From assembly GCF_964355755.1 (NCBI RefSeq), contig NC_092671.1, positions 806,001 through 870,000 on the forward strand: a stretch of DNA of 64,000 nucleotides. Reading direction: 5' to 3'. This document shows positions 1 to 13,200 of the stretch, in pieces; the stretch's first letter is position 1, and each line of letters opens with the position of its first letter. Below the pieces are notes generated by a model. The model did not search any database. It had not been told where the DNA came from and was given only the letters and a program-made list of their open reading frames with translations. Source of the DNA: Antedon mediterranea (lineage: Eukaryota; Animalia; Echinodermata). The position numbers and the translations under genes are program-made.

Positions 1-907
1 CTACAACATAGTAAATCATGTATGTATGGTAATTTTAAAATTAATGCTTGACATTGTTTAGTAATGTTTGGAAGTTTATATGTTTGATCTGAAACAGGTA
101 ATAAAACATTTGTGACTCATTAGGCCAAGCTTTTAAACAAATCAACATAATATCACTAATTTTTAAAAAAAAGTATGTCACAAACATGACCTCGTCGTAC
201 ATTGAGTCAACATTTCCATCTATTTAATGTTACAAATAACAAGATTATAAAATCCATTTACTTATTATGTTGACCTAAGTTAATAGTTATAGAGGGTTTA
301 TTGAGGAGATACACATTAATGATGAAATAAATTGTTAGAAGAAACAAAATATTTTTATTCATTAATGTAGAGATTTTTGTTAGGGCTCATTGTTCTATCA
401 ACTTGTTTTTAATATTCAATCATTTTGTTTTTAATAATCAATATGGAACAACTCCATCTTTAGTTTTATTAATTTGTTTCAGCAAAATAACAACCATGAT
501 TTCTTAGAATTTCATTACATAAATTAAATTCTGTATTTATTTTCTACTTAAAGAGAGTACATGTAAACAAGTTATTAAATTATTTTTATTTTCATTTGAT
601 TTTAGATTTATTTTGAATTCAAAAGAACAAAGCATACATAAATGGATACAAAATTAGAATTAAACCTGGTTATAAATAATCAGAATTTCAATTCTATTAT
701 TCAATAAAACAAATTATATTTCCAATTTGGTCCATAATTCAGAGGAACCAATTATTATGAACATATAATATGGTTAAAATATAGAAAAAAGCTTGAGTGA
801 TATATAATAATATAATTGTACAAATATTGTTAAAAATCAAGAAAAACATCTAGAAGAAGGCAGAGATTAAAATTCTTTAAATTACTCAATGTGAACAAAA
901 AAATTAC

Positions 908-1213
908 CTGGACGAGTTCCTGGAATTAGAGTCCTCTTCTTCGTCCATCCTGACCAAGGCCCTTTGCCAATAATCGTGGCAGCTGATATGCGAACTTCAT
1001 ATTCCGATCCAGGTCGAAGGTCATTGATGACTGTACCGTTTTCTTTTCCGTTTACTTCTACATCATTGGATGTTTTATCTCCGTATTCTCTGTACTGAAT
1101 ACTGTATTGTATGATCACGCCATTGGCGTACTCTAGCGGCATTTTCTGCCATTTAATGTCAAGTGATGTAGCTGTGTTGCTTGCTAATGAAAACTTGGGT
1201 ACATCTGTTGGTT
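908..1213 (-). CDS. Gene A exon 9, FN3-2
   Basis: KW...NGVIIQYSIQY...LRPGSEYEVRISAATIIGKGPWS. Confidence 0.92.
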
Positions 1214-4200
1214 CTAAATGATTCAAATTCAATGGTCAGTGATGGGTCAAGGATTTTTAGATAGGGGGGTAAACATTTTGTAAAAAATGATTTTGAAGGT
1301 AATTGGATTTCCGCTAAAATTTCATGTAAATTTATTAACCTTATGCATTTAATTTATTTATTATATTTATTTATATAAAATTTGTTTACTAATGTAAAAA
1401 AGTATAAGGGATTACTTACTGTCAGGCTGGGTCCTGATGTAAACATATTCCGAGGGGTCACTGACCCCATTGCTATTGTACGCAAGTACATAAATTGTAT
1501 AATTGGTAAATGGATGTAATTTTGGTATTTCTACAGGATAGCTATCGTGAAAAATAGATTTATCTATTCCGCCTACAAATTAGAAAAAGTAAGCAAAACA
1601 AGACGATGATTTAAGTGGAACTATAAGATACGGTATGAACTTAAGTTCAGTAACATTGGGAAGGTTCAGGCATAGTTATTTACTGGCTAAGTTGGTGCTT
1701 TACCCACCAAAGTTAGCGATAATTCAATGAAACCAACTTAGCAGGTAAGTATTAGTGTATAGTTTGTTTATATGAGGGCCTCTTGATTGTCAGCATATGC
1801 TGTTTAGGGTCACCCTCTATAAATAAGGTTAAATAAAAAAAAACATTTGAATAAAAGAAAAAAATGAATAAAAAAGTTAACTAAGACCAATGGGTCATTA
1901 TGGGCTACGTTTCAAAAATTGATATTTGGGTAAAAAGTTTATTTAAACACAAATTCTCACCACTTGTTTCAAAATAATGAACACCATATCCAAGAACAGG
2001 GATGATGGACTGGCTCCAGGTTACTAACAACTTCTGAGAGTCACTTGCTTCCACTTGCACATTAAAAGGTGGATCAGGTCGACCAGATTCTAAACAAATC
2101 ACACAACTAAGTTAATAAAATGAAATTTAGCCATTTACAGGTCCAATCAATACTGCTACAGTACTGTACTGTACTGGAATGCATCAATACTGCTACAGTA
2201 CTGTACTGTACTGGAATGCATCAATACTGCTACAGTACTGTACTGGAATGCATCAATACTGCTACAGTACTGTACTGGAATGCATCAATACTGCTACAGT
2301 ACTGTACTGTACTGGAATGCATCAATACTGCTACAGTACTGTACTGTACTGGAATGCATCAATACTGCTACAGTACTGTACTGGAATGCATCAATACTGC
2401 TACAGTACTGTACTGTACTGGAATGCATCAATACTGCTACAGTACTGTACTGGAATGCATCAATACTGCTACAGTACTGTACTGGAATGCATCAATACTG
2501 CTACAGTACTGTACTGGAATGCATTGTGTACTATAGTATGCAACTGTTTGAAAGCACGAAACTAGGACTTGATACAATTGAAGTTGACAGAAAATAAGCC
2601 AGAGTCTGAAACAAATCTAGAATGTTGGGAAATGGGACAATGTGTGAATGGCCATCTACGTTTTTTCTTACTTTTCTATTGTTCTTTTAAAGGTTTTTTT
2701 TTTCACCTTTCAAATGGGCTGGAGAGGTGAATGGAGAGGTGAATGGAGAGGGGGATGGAGAGGTGAATGGAGAGGTAAATGGAGAGGGGGATGGAGATGT
2801 GAATGGGGTTAGGACAGAGTCAGCTAAGCTTATATATATAAGGCCATACTGCGTTGAAACACCGGTTCTCGTCAGATCACCGAAGTTAAGCAACGTTGGG
2901 CCCGGTTGCGTTCTGGATGGGAGACCGTCTAGAAATCGTGGCGGGTGCTGTATATACTGGAGAGTGATGGTGTAATGGTAATATCGGACTAGCATGTGAT
3001 AGGCATGGGTTCGAGGTTATCTGTACCATACTAATTGCATCCTTAGGCAAGATGCTTTACTCTCATTGCCTAATCTGGTAGGCGCTGCACTGCTGGCTGC
3101 CGTGGGTCCGTGGAGGGCCTAATCCGAATTTCCTCACTGAGGACAAATATTAATACAAAATACAAAATACAAAATACAAATATAATAATATTGAACCAAG
3201 GTTATGTCACACACAATTTACATTTAACCACCATAGTTTACGGTAATATCAGATGACAAATATTGAACCAATAGAATAGAGAAATGCCATTGAATTCATT
3301 TAGGATACCAGAACCAATGCATTTGTTGGTATATGATAAGAGGTGAAAATAATATATTTACACAATGGTTATTGCAGTTAAACATTGGTCAGATAAAAAC
3401 ATTACAAAAACATGTTTACAAAAAAACCTTTGATAAACATAACCAATACTACATAGTACTATATTAAAATATACATTTATTATTAGCAAGTAAATACTTG
3501 TACTGCTACAGTATCTACAAACTGATTGGTATACAGTATCAAAATAGTACTGGAAAGAGGCAAGAAAACAACATTTTCGAATTTTAAATTTATAATAAAA
3601 ATTTAAAAAAAAATAAACTTTAAAAAACAAGATATACTAGTAACATCTGCACAATTTCTATCCCAATAGTACTATGTAGGTAAGGAAAAGTTTTTATGAC
3701 ATAAATATTATTTTTTTTAAACCTGGTATTGTAAACTCCAATGCCTTTATGTAGTCATATATAGGTTCGGGTATGTATAATACATACTTTAAATGTCTCA
3801 CTCTCAATCAGTATAGTTGTAATTACTGAAATAACAGCTTAGATTACAAGTTTTTATAATGGAAAAAGTTGAGTTAAGTACTCACTAATTTTGAATTTGA
3901 CTGCGACCGATGCCTGCATGCTGCCAACTGGATTTTCAGCAAAACATTGGTATATACCAGTGTCTCTTACTTGTGATGCAAATATACTAAGCTTATCCAT
4001 ATCTCCTTCTGGGATGGTGAATCTTTCGTCCAACACAACAGGCATTCCATTTTTATACCAAGTTATTTTTGGTTTTGGTTGACCAATAGCCCGACATCTG
4101 AGGTGAATATTTCGGCCTACTATAACGTCACTTGGTTCCTCTGGTGGTTCCTCAATGATGGGAGGTGCTAAAATACAACAATACATTATTGTTTTACTAC

Positions 4201-7200
4201 AATTCTTTACAGGATACAACTTTATTTGTCTTCATAATAATTTCAGAAACTTTGGATGTCTAGCAATTTCAAATGAACAAATTTGCTTCCTTTTACTAAA
4301 ATTTAAAAATTTATGTTGATCAACTAAAACACAATAATTGGAAAAATAAACAGAAACATAAAAAAACAAACAAAATTAGGTTTATAAAGTAATGTTTACT
4401 TAGATAGCATTGAATCAATTTAGCGCATTTCAGGAAACACCTTTCACTATTATTAATGCTATATCTTTGATAACACTTATCAACACCTTGCTATACTTAA
4501 CTCTGCTATTCCTGCTACATAATTAGATCACATGCAACAGTCATAGGCTTATAATTGGCCTAGATTTATTCAACTGGACATGGGTCAATCACTATGGTAA
4601 ATAACCAAATTCAAGCCCATTTCAACCTTCAAGCTTTGATCCTATATTTCCTGATACTTGTAATTATCTAACCTTATGGTATCACTACCTGTGCTATACT
4701 TTATCAACCATTAAGGTATAATCCCAAGTGTTTTAAGTGCCTTTACAAACAGGTGCTAAAGGCCATGGAAAATATTCGTGCGGGTGCGAAATTTTGGCCG
4801 CCGCATCAAACAAGTTCTTCATCTGGTGATGAATGTTTACATACAAAATGGTACCAGGATACTTTTGAGGTACTGTATTTCTTCCGAAAAATGATGAAAA
4901 TACTAATTATAATTTACTGACTTTACAATAGACTATTGTTTGAAACAAGTATTTGAACATATTTAGTAAAAAAAATGGTCTAATAATTAGTTACTAACTG
5001 TGGCCAATGTAAACACACAGGTTAAGCCCATGCACAAATGACGACAACATAACAATATTTAGGTGTTTTTTATATTAAAATCTACCCCAATCAAACTGAC
5101 CCAGATTTCTGAACTGAGTCACAATACAACTTTAGTATTTAAGGATATGTGGTACTTTAATTAGTTCTGTCAGTTTCAATAATGTATTTATACACCTTAC
5201 TAGACATCATGATATTCATGAATCAAGTCAAGGAAATGAATATGTTCTCAATGGATTTATTGATGGACATTGGTCAGTCATTCCTTTGTCCGTTTGCAAT
5301 TACTTATGAATATCAATATTATTTATAGTGTATTTGCATATCGTATCCTACTGTACATTAAATATTGTTACATTAGTAAAAAGACAAAGACAAGCTTGTA
5401 CGTACATTATCAAATGTAATATCGACAAATATAACAAAAATTAAATCATGATTTAAAAATTGATGTCTATCTGTCATTGTCAAAGAATGACGAATATAAG
5501 TACATGATTTACCTCAAATGAATTGAAATCTGAGAAAACTTTTTTACAAATTAATTTAGAAAGTTCTTTTTTGTATTCTGATTTTAAGTTTCTAACTGGC
5601 AAATAATTCTTCCTCTGAAAAGCACAGGCTATTGCCGGTTCTTCCTCTGAAAAGCACAGGCTATTGTCGGTTTATCCAGGTAAGCTAGGCACGAAATATA
5701 CAATTCACTTTGTTCTTAAAACTTACCTACAACTGTTAGTTTAGCAATTCTTTCAGCTACAACGCTCCCAGCTTGAAGAACTTGGCAGAAATACAAACCA
5801 GAATCATCCGATGACAAGTCCTGTAACATCAGGTTATTACGGCCTATTGAACTTGCTCGGCTCGACAATTCAACTATTTTTCCATCTGAAAAAAAAAATT
5901 TATTTAACATTTTCATTAGATAAGTCTGTGGCCATCAATAAAAACATCCACTAATTATAACACTTTTTTTGTAATTGAAAAAAATATATATTTTGTTTCC
6001 TTTATCTTATTTTTTATTACAGTACATTTATATTGTTTATTAGGGTCATCTGTGCTTTTGTACTTCTGGACAATTTCAATATTACAAACTATCTTTATGT
6101 TTTTCATTTTCTTTGTATTGTTACTTTTTTTGAAATTTTGACATTTTTAAATATCTGAAATTCAACGTAGTAAGTAAGTATTTATTTAATTTGGACACTT
6201 CACTTTCAGAACTGTGGCACTCACAAAAAACAAAAACTGAATTTGTGGTGCGGTCAAATAAAAAAAAAACATCATCAAACATTAAACATACCAATGTACA
6301 GAGTATTATAAAAAAAGAAAGAGTTTGATCTCTTTATAAATATTAAAATGTTCCACATACATTTGATAATGAAATATTTGTAAGTAGAACAAGTCTCAAA
6401 ATGTCTCTAATGACAATAATCAATCATTAATGTTTGTACTGTAATCTGTTTTTGTACTTTTCTTTATCTCTATTCACCTGGAGCATTTCATGTTTTTACT
6501 AAATACAACACAAACCGATCAATCAACATTTCATTATATTGTTGTTATCTTATATCCTAATGGCATGCCTTCAGTAGCTATTCAAAAAGATCTGGGATTC
6601 TCTGATTATTGTCTATATATCTAGCACATTGGATGTTTAAAAGGCAGAATTCACATTAACTGTGATAGACCGCAATGTAACTGTGATAGACCGCAATGCA
6701 ACTGTGATAGACCGCAATGCAACTGTGATAGACTGCAATGTAACTGTGATAGACCGCAATGCAACTGTGATAGACAGCAATGCAACTGTGATAGACCGCA
6801 ATGCAACTGTGATAGACCGCAATGCAACTGTGACAGACCGCAATGCAACTGTGATAGACCGCAATGCAACTGTGATAGACCGCAATGTAACTGTGATAGA
6901 CCGCAATGCAACTGTGACAGACCGCAATGCAACTGTGACAGACCGCAATGCAACTGTGATAGACCGCAATGCAACTGTGATAGACCGCAATGCAACTGTG
7001 ATAGACCGCAATGCAACTGTGATAGACCGCAATGCAACTGTGAGACCGCAATGCAACTGTGATAGATCGCAATGCAACTGTGATAGACCGCAATGCAACT
7101 GTGATAGACCGCAATGCAACTGTGATAGACCGCAATGCAACTGTGATAGACCGCAATGCAACTGTGATAGACCGCAATGCAACTGTGATAGACCGCAATG

Positions 7201-10200
7201 CAACTGTGATAGACCGCAATGTAACTGTGATAGACCGCAATGCAACTGTGATAGACCGCAATGCAACTGTGATAGACCGCAATGCAACTGTGATAGACCG
7301 CAATGCAACTGTGAGACCGCAATGCAACTGTGATAGATCGCAATGCAACTGTGATAGACCGCAATGCAACTGTGATAGACCGCAATGCAACTGTGATAGA
7401 CCGCAATGCAACTGTGATAGACCGCAATGCAACTGTGATAGACCGCAATGCAACTGTGATAGACCGCAATGTAACTGTGATAGACCGCAATGCAACTGTG
7501 ATAGACCGCAATGCAACTGTGATAGACCGCAATGCAACTGTGATAGACCGCAATGCAACTGTGATAGACCGCAATGTAACTGTGATAGACCGCAATGTAA
7601 CTGTGATAGACCGCAATGTAACTGTGATAGACCGCAATGTAACTGTGATAGACCGCAATGTAACTGTGATAGACCGCAATGTAACTGTGATAGACCGCAA
7701 TGTAACTGTGATAGACCGCAATGCAACTGTGATAGACCGCAATGCAACTGTGATAGACCGCAATGTAACTGTGATAGACCGCAATGTAACTGTGATAGAC
7801 CGCAATGTAACTGTGATAGACCGCAATGTAACTGTGATAGACCGCAATGTAACTGTGATAGACCGCAATGTAACTGTGATAGACCGCAATGTAACTGTGA
7901 TAGACCGCAATGCAACTGTGATAGACCGCAATGTAACTGTGATAGACCGCAATGCAACTGTGATAGACCGCAATGTAACTGTGATAGACCGCAATGTAAC
8001 TGTGATAGACCGCAATGTAACTGTGATAGACCGCAATGTAACTGTGATAGACCGCAATGTAACTGTGATAGACCGCAATGTAACTGTGATAGACCGCAAT
8101 GTAACTGTGATAGACCGCAATGTAACTGTGATAGACCGCAATGTAACTGTGATAGACCGCAATGTAACTCAGAAAAAAGCATGTAAACATTAACTAATTA
8201 AATATTTGACTGTACACCATATTTACTAGTTTACCACATCACAAGAACATCACACTAATAATCTTTTATTTTCATGATTGACATGATTCTTCTCTGATGA
8301 TATAAAATGCAATAGGCAAAGGTCAACAGATAATGGTTTTATCACATGACCTCCCAAATAGTGCTAAAATTAATTTTACCTATGTGTACACTCTCTTCTC
8401 TCTATCAAAGTTAAATTATACAAAGGTTCTTTGTTGAAACTTTGATGAGCTTTCTAATACAGTACAATAATTATCTTTATACTAAAGTGAGTACGTAATA
8501 ATACAAGCATCAATAAGGGTGTGTTACAGTATAATGTTGCACACTTCCTTAGATAAAAAGTGTCATATAAAAGTGCCATGTCCCAAATTGCATTACAGTA
8601 CCTACATAAACAGCTGAAGGTGATAAATCATTAATGCTATGGAAAATCTGTATCAACAAAATATAAATCAATATTTTGACAATCCTACAATATCCCAAAA
8701 TAAATATTTCCATTGCTAGATCTTAGTGATTTGTTTTATTGTCCATAAAAAAAGCAGAATTTAATGTGTGTACAAAGACTATTTATTTACTAGTACAAAG
8801 TCAAGTCAGCAAAGTAGGGCCTGTTTCTAAAAGATTAAAAAGAACGGTTTTTTATTTTCATTTATTCAATAGTTTTATTGAAAACTGGTTTTGAGATTTT
8901 ATTATGTTGCAGCTTAATTTTTAATCATTTACTAAACCAGTTTCTACTTTGGTGATCATTGTGGTTGGTTGTATAATCATGTCAAATTGCTGTTGGTTGC
9001 TATGGTGAATTCTAAGCCTAAATTTTATTTTTGAACCTATGTATTTAATCTTGAAAGAATTTCATTTAGCTTCGATTTTGTATAGATGACAAATTTCGTT
9101 TTTGTAAAAGCACAAGTTAACGGAGTACTTACTCGAACGTTTCGATCTCTATCAGAGATCCTTCTCAACTGACTGCGGAGTGTTAATGCAGCTTGGTCAT
9201 TCTTGACGTCATCTGTTGATGACGTTGTACGCCTCCGGTTGTAGGTTGGAGGTTGTGCGGGGCTTGGCCAGGTGATGTGTCTATCAAATCATTGTACAAA
9301 TGCGAGAGTTCGTGGGCTCCAGTGTCCCGGTTCATGGTCTTCTCTTTATTTCTCCTTATATGTAATGATTCTCTAATCTGTCTGTCTTTGCGTTTAGGCT
9401 CTTTGGTTAAGATGGTAGCCTCCCAGTTCGGTACATGATTGTGTTTTATGACATGTTCTGTAATGGCAGATTTGTGTATGATCGAAGATGTGGATGTTCT
9501 GGAGGCCCTAGTCATTACTCCCCCCGTGTTTGTTGTAACATCTTTTTTGTGATCATTAATTCGTGTTTGTAATGCCCTCCCTGTTTCCCCAATGTAAACT
9601 TGTGGACAGTTGCGGCAGGTGACTTCGTAGATTACTCCACATGTATCCATCTTCTCGATTTTATCTTTTGGGTGGACGAGGCTATTCTTGATTTTATTTT
9701 GGGGTAGGAAATAGGTTCCGACATTGTGATAGGAGAGAGTGCGTCGTATTCTTTCTGCCATTCCTTTTACATAGGGGATTCCTATGCTACCTCGCATCTT
9801 GATCTTTTCCTTCTGTGGTTCGTGTCCTTTGTTCTTTTTTCTTTTTCGGTTTTCCAATGATTTGATAGACACATCACCTGGCCAAGCCCCGCACAACCTC
9901 CAACCTACAACCGGAGGCGTACAACGTCATCAACAGATGACGTCAAGAATGACCAAGCTGCATTAACACTCCGCAGTCAGTTGAGAAGGATCTCTGATAG
10001 AGATCGAAACGTTCGAGTAAGTACTCCGTTAACTTGTGCTTTTACAAAAACGAAATTTGTCATCTATGTATTTAACTTTTGTACTTTTGAGAAATAATAG
10101 AGTGAGAATGAAATCAACCGGAATCAAATTAACTACAATAGCCTTCATTATTTCAATAAAATATCATTGACTTGTTTACTTGATAGTGTGCAAGTTATTG

Positions 10201-13200
10201 AACAATACACTCTCTCAGCTAATCTAGTTAATACTGTAAATTGTTTAAAAGTACTAGTACTGTAGAAAACATTAAATTGTCAATTCTTCGAAAACAAAAC
10301 TGCTGTACCCTCTGGGTTGGGCAAAAAAAGTCCACAAACCAGACTACAGTACCCTCTAGGGTGACACAAGAGATCCCAAAACCAGACTAATGCCCAAAAT
10401 GTTTCAAAACCAGACACTCTTCAGGGTAGCTCAAAATGTCCAGTTTTTCCCTGCAAAGTCATCAGAGTGCATTTTCAAATTGTTTGGTACGTTCAGTGCA
10501 TTAAATGTTTTGCTGGCTGTATTGGTATATGGTACTACATACTCTCATCCCACTTCAGTCGATTTCTCTTTAAAAACTTTCTTTGTAACATGCAAAAACA
10601 TGCACATTAGACTTCTAGGTTCTTATATTAACCACTTGGATGCAACACAAAAACCTATTAAGCCCATCATCGTAATTTGATGTGATTGGTCAACACACTT
10701 GGGTACAATACACGTTGGGCCGTTGCATTGTCTCCAAGTGAGAACCAAGATTAATGGAAAATGATGATGGAACTTACCTTGCTTGCGATGTATCCACGCT
10801 ACAGTACAAGACTCGGGCAAATCTACAAAGCATTCCATCACCACATTTGTATGACGTTTACGAACAATAGCATCAGGAGACTTAATAAATACAACATCTG
10901 TGGGTTGGCGTAATGTTGAATTGAGCAACAACATTACTGGTTGGCTTTGTCTTTTACCGGCAATGTTTTGAACGACACATCGATATTCTCCTGTTTCCTG
11001 TTCGGTGACATCAACAATTTGTAGTGCGCCCCCAGGAAGAACTGTAAATCTGTAATTTATTACGTTAAACAAATTAATTTTCTCATCGTAAATGAGCAAA
11101 ATTACAATTATTATTATCATATTGTATCAATTTTTTTGTATTCAAATTAAAGGTAAGCTAGGCACAAAATTGACTAATATCATAGGTAATAGTTTTTTTT
11201 TACAAATTCAAATTTAAGATTTTAATATACAAATACTATAGTTCTACTTTTATTGAACAGAATTAATTTGTTTGTACTTTTTAGGATGTTAATATTAAGA
11301 TTGACAGAGATTCAGTATCTGTCCATACTAACTCACAATGTAATATAACTAATAAAAACATTATTATATAATCGTGGAAAATAATGTAGATTCAAGTATT
11401 TTGACAAAATAAATTTAAATTGGAAGGTGCTAGTAGTATCATTAAACAACAAATCATGACATTGTTTATTAATATTTTAAATTAAGACAAATTTACTTTT
11501 TTAAATATGAAGGTAGAATTATACCAATACTCTTATCAGCTTTATTGGCAGATAATTCTTGTTTTAAAGTACTAACTGATAAATATTCATAAATTATGAC
11601 ATGGTAGAGTTAGATATATTGCAAAATACCCTTTGAACTGAGCTAAACTCAAGGTCACTTTATTTTACCCCAAGGGTTGTTGTATATACTTCAAAGTAAA
11701 CAAAATCAGTGTTTTTATAATTCCGTCATGGATTGAATATGAAAACAGTACAGTAATCAACATTTTCCAACAATCCCATCAAAAACGAATTTTATGTTGG
11801 CTTTTTTTTGCGAGTCAGATGACATACAGTACAGTATACAACAATTTTCTTAAAGCTCAGTGTGAAAGGGGCTTAGGAGAGCTACAGTAGGTAGTTATTG
11901 AACCGCTTGTAGTACTGTACCCCAATAAGACCGGTTTACACTATCAAACGTGCCACATTAAACATAAGACCATTCAAAACAAAATTGACTCTTTATTATT
12001 ATTTAAAAATCAGACAGTATTGCTTTGAAACTAACTTTGATCCAACTCCATCCCCGCTGCCTTCATCTTCTCCAATAGCATTTTTCCCATGATGCCATTT
12101 GACAGTTGCTGGCGGCGCTGCATCAATTCCGCAGAAAAACCTGGCGACCCCTCCTAGCCTTGTGATTACTGGCTCTGGCAGGCTTGTAAAAATGGGCTTA
12201 GCTAAAAAAAACAAAGGAAAATATGGCAATTAACATTAAAAATAACAAAATTTATTAATGATACATTACTGTATATTATTTTGCTAATCTTTATAAATTC
12301 TATTTAATTTAATTTTTTAATGTTATTGTTACATGTTTATGCCTCGTCATATTGTATTTTTGTGAGGGTCCCTAATGATCAGCTTTGGCTGGATGGACTC
12401 GACCCTTGCAAAATATTGTTGAAATAAAATAAATAAAATACTGAAAAAAGTACTCTGCATTAACTTAAAATATTTTTCTCTTTAAAATAAAGTAAAATAA
12501 TTTTTAAATAAGTAAAAAAAAAAGAAGGATTTTAATTTGTGGTCAAAACTAATTATATAATTTGTAAGCATGAACAATTTGCATCAGAAAGCTAATCATT
12601 GCATCAACACTGTATTGCATCTTAAAAGCATAATTATATAATACAGGTACTTTTTTTTCCTTGATAACATTGTATAATACAAAATAGATTTGTTAAATGG
12701 TTTCTGACCAAACTGACCAAGAAGAATTTCTGCTTTATTAATATTACCCAATGAAACGTTACCTGAGGGGGTAATAGCGATTACTAGAAGAGCTGTACTA
12801 TCAGCCACCTAAGGCAACGGGGTCAATAACAGCCACACCAGTGCCAATGGAGTGGAGCCAAAATGCCAAGGACCTAATTTGCATATTACAATAAATGCAA
12901 GCACAGTGATGGTTTGGCAATATGCCATGATAGTGGATTAGAGGTTTGACCAAGGTTTACTGTATGACCATAGAGATACTGTACTGTATTATAGTGAACT
13001 ACTGTACAAGGTTTACTGTATGACCATAGAGATACTGTACTGTATTATAGTGAACTACTATACAAGGTTTACTGTATGACCATAGAGATACTGTACTGTA
13101 TTATAGTGAACTACTGTACAGTAATTAATATCTACAGTATATGGTATGATTGAGCTTACAGTAGGTAACAATGTTTGGTTTAATTGACAAACAATTGGTT

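Noticed and set aside
2120-2597. Cys/Tyr-rich ORFs
   Set aside because: Minisatellite translations.
2841-2952. Functional 5S rRNA gene
   Set aside because: Missing 5' end, has indels, no oligo-T terminator, single copy followed by SINE-like sequence.
6637-8193. Long ORFs of 200-500 aa in several frames (HSYIAVY, RPQCNCD, etc.)
   Set aside because: Translations of a stop-poor 21-bp minisatellite, open on both strands; intronic.
9784-9966. Plus-strand 60-aa ORF and the MCGAWPG start of the 237-aa ORF
   Set aside because: By-products of the inverted pLTR; the real PLE ORF is 5'-truncated at about 9854.
12760-12950. Cluster of octamer (atttgcat) and NFI-like half sites as an intronic enhancer
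   Set aside because: Short motifs occur by chance; no conservation data.
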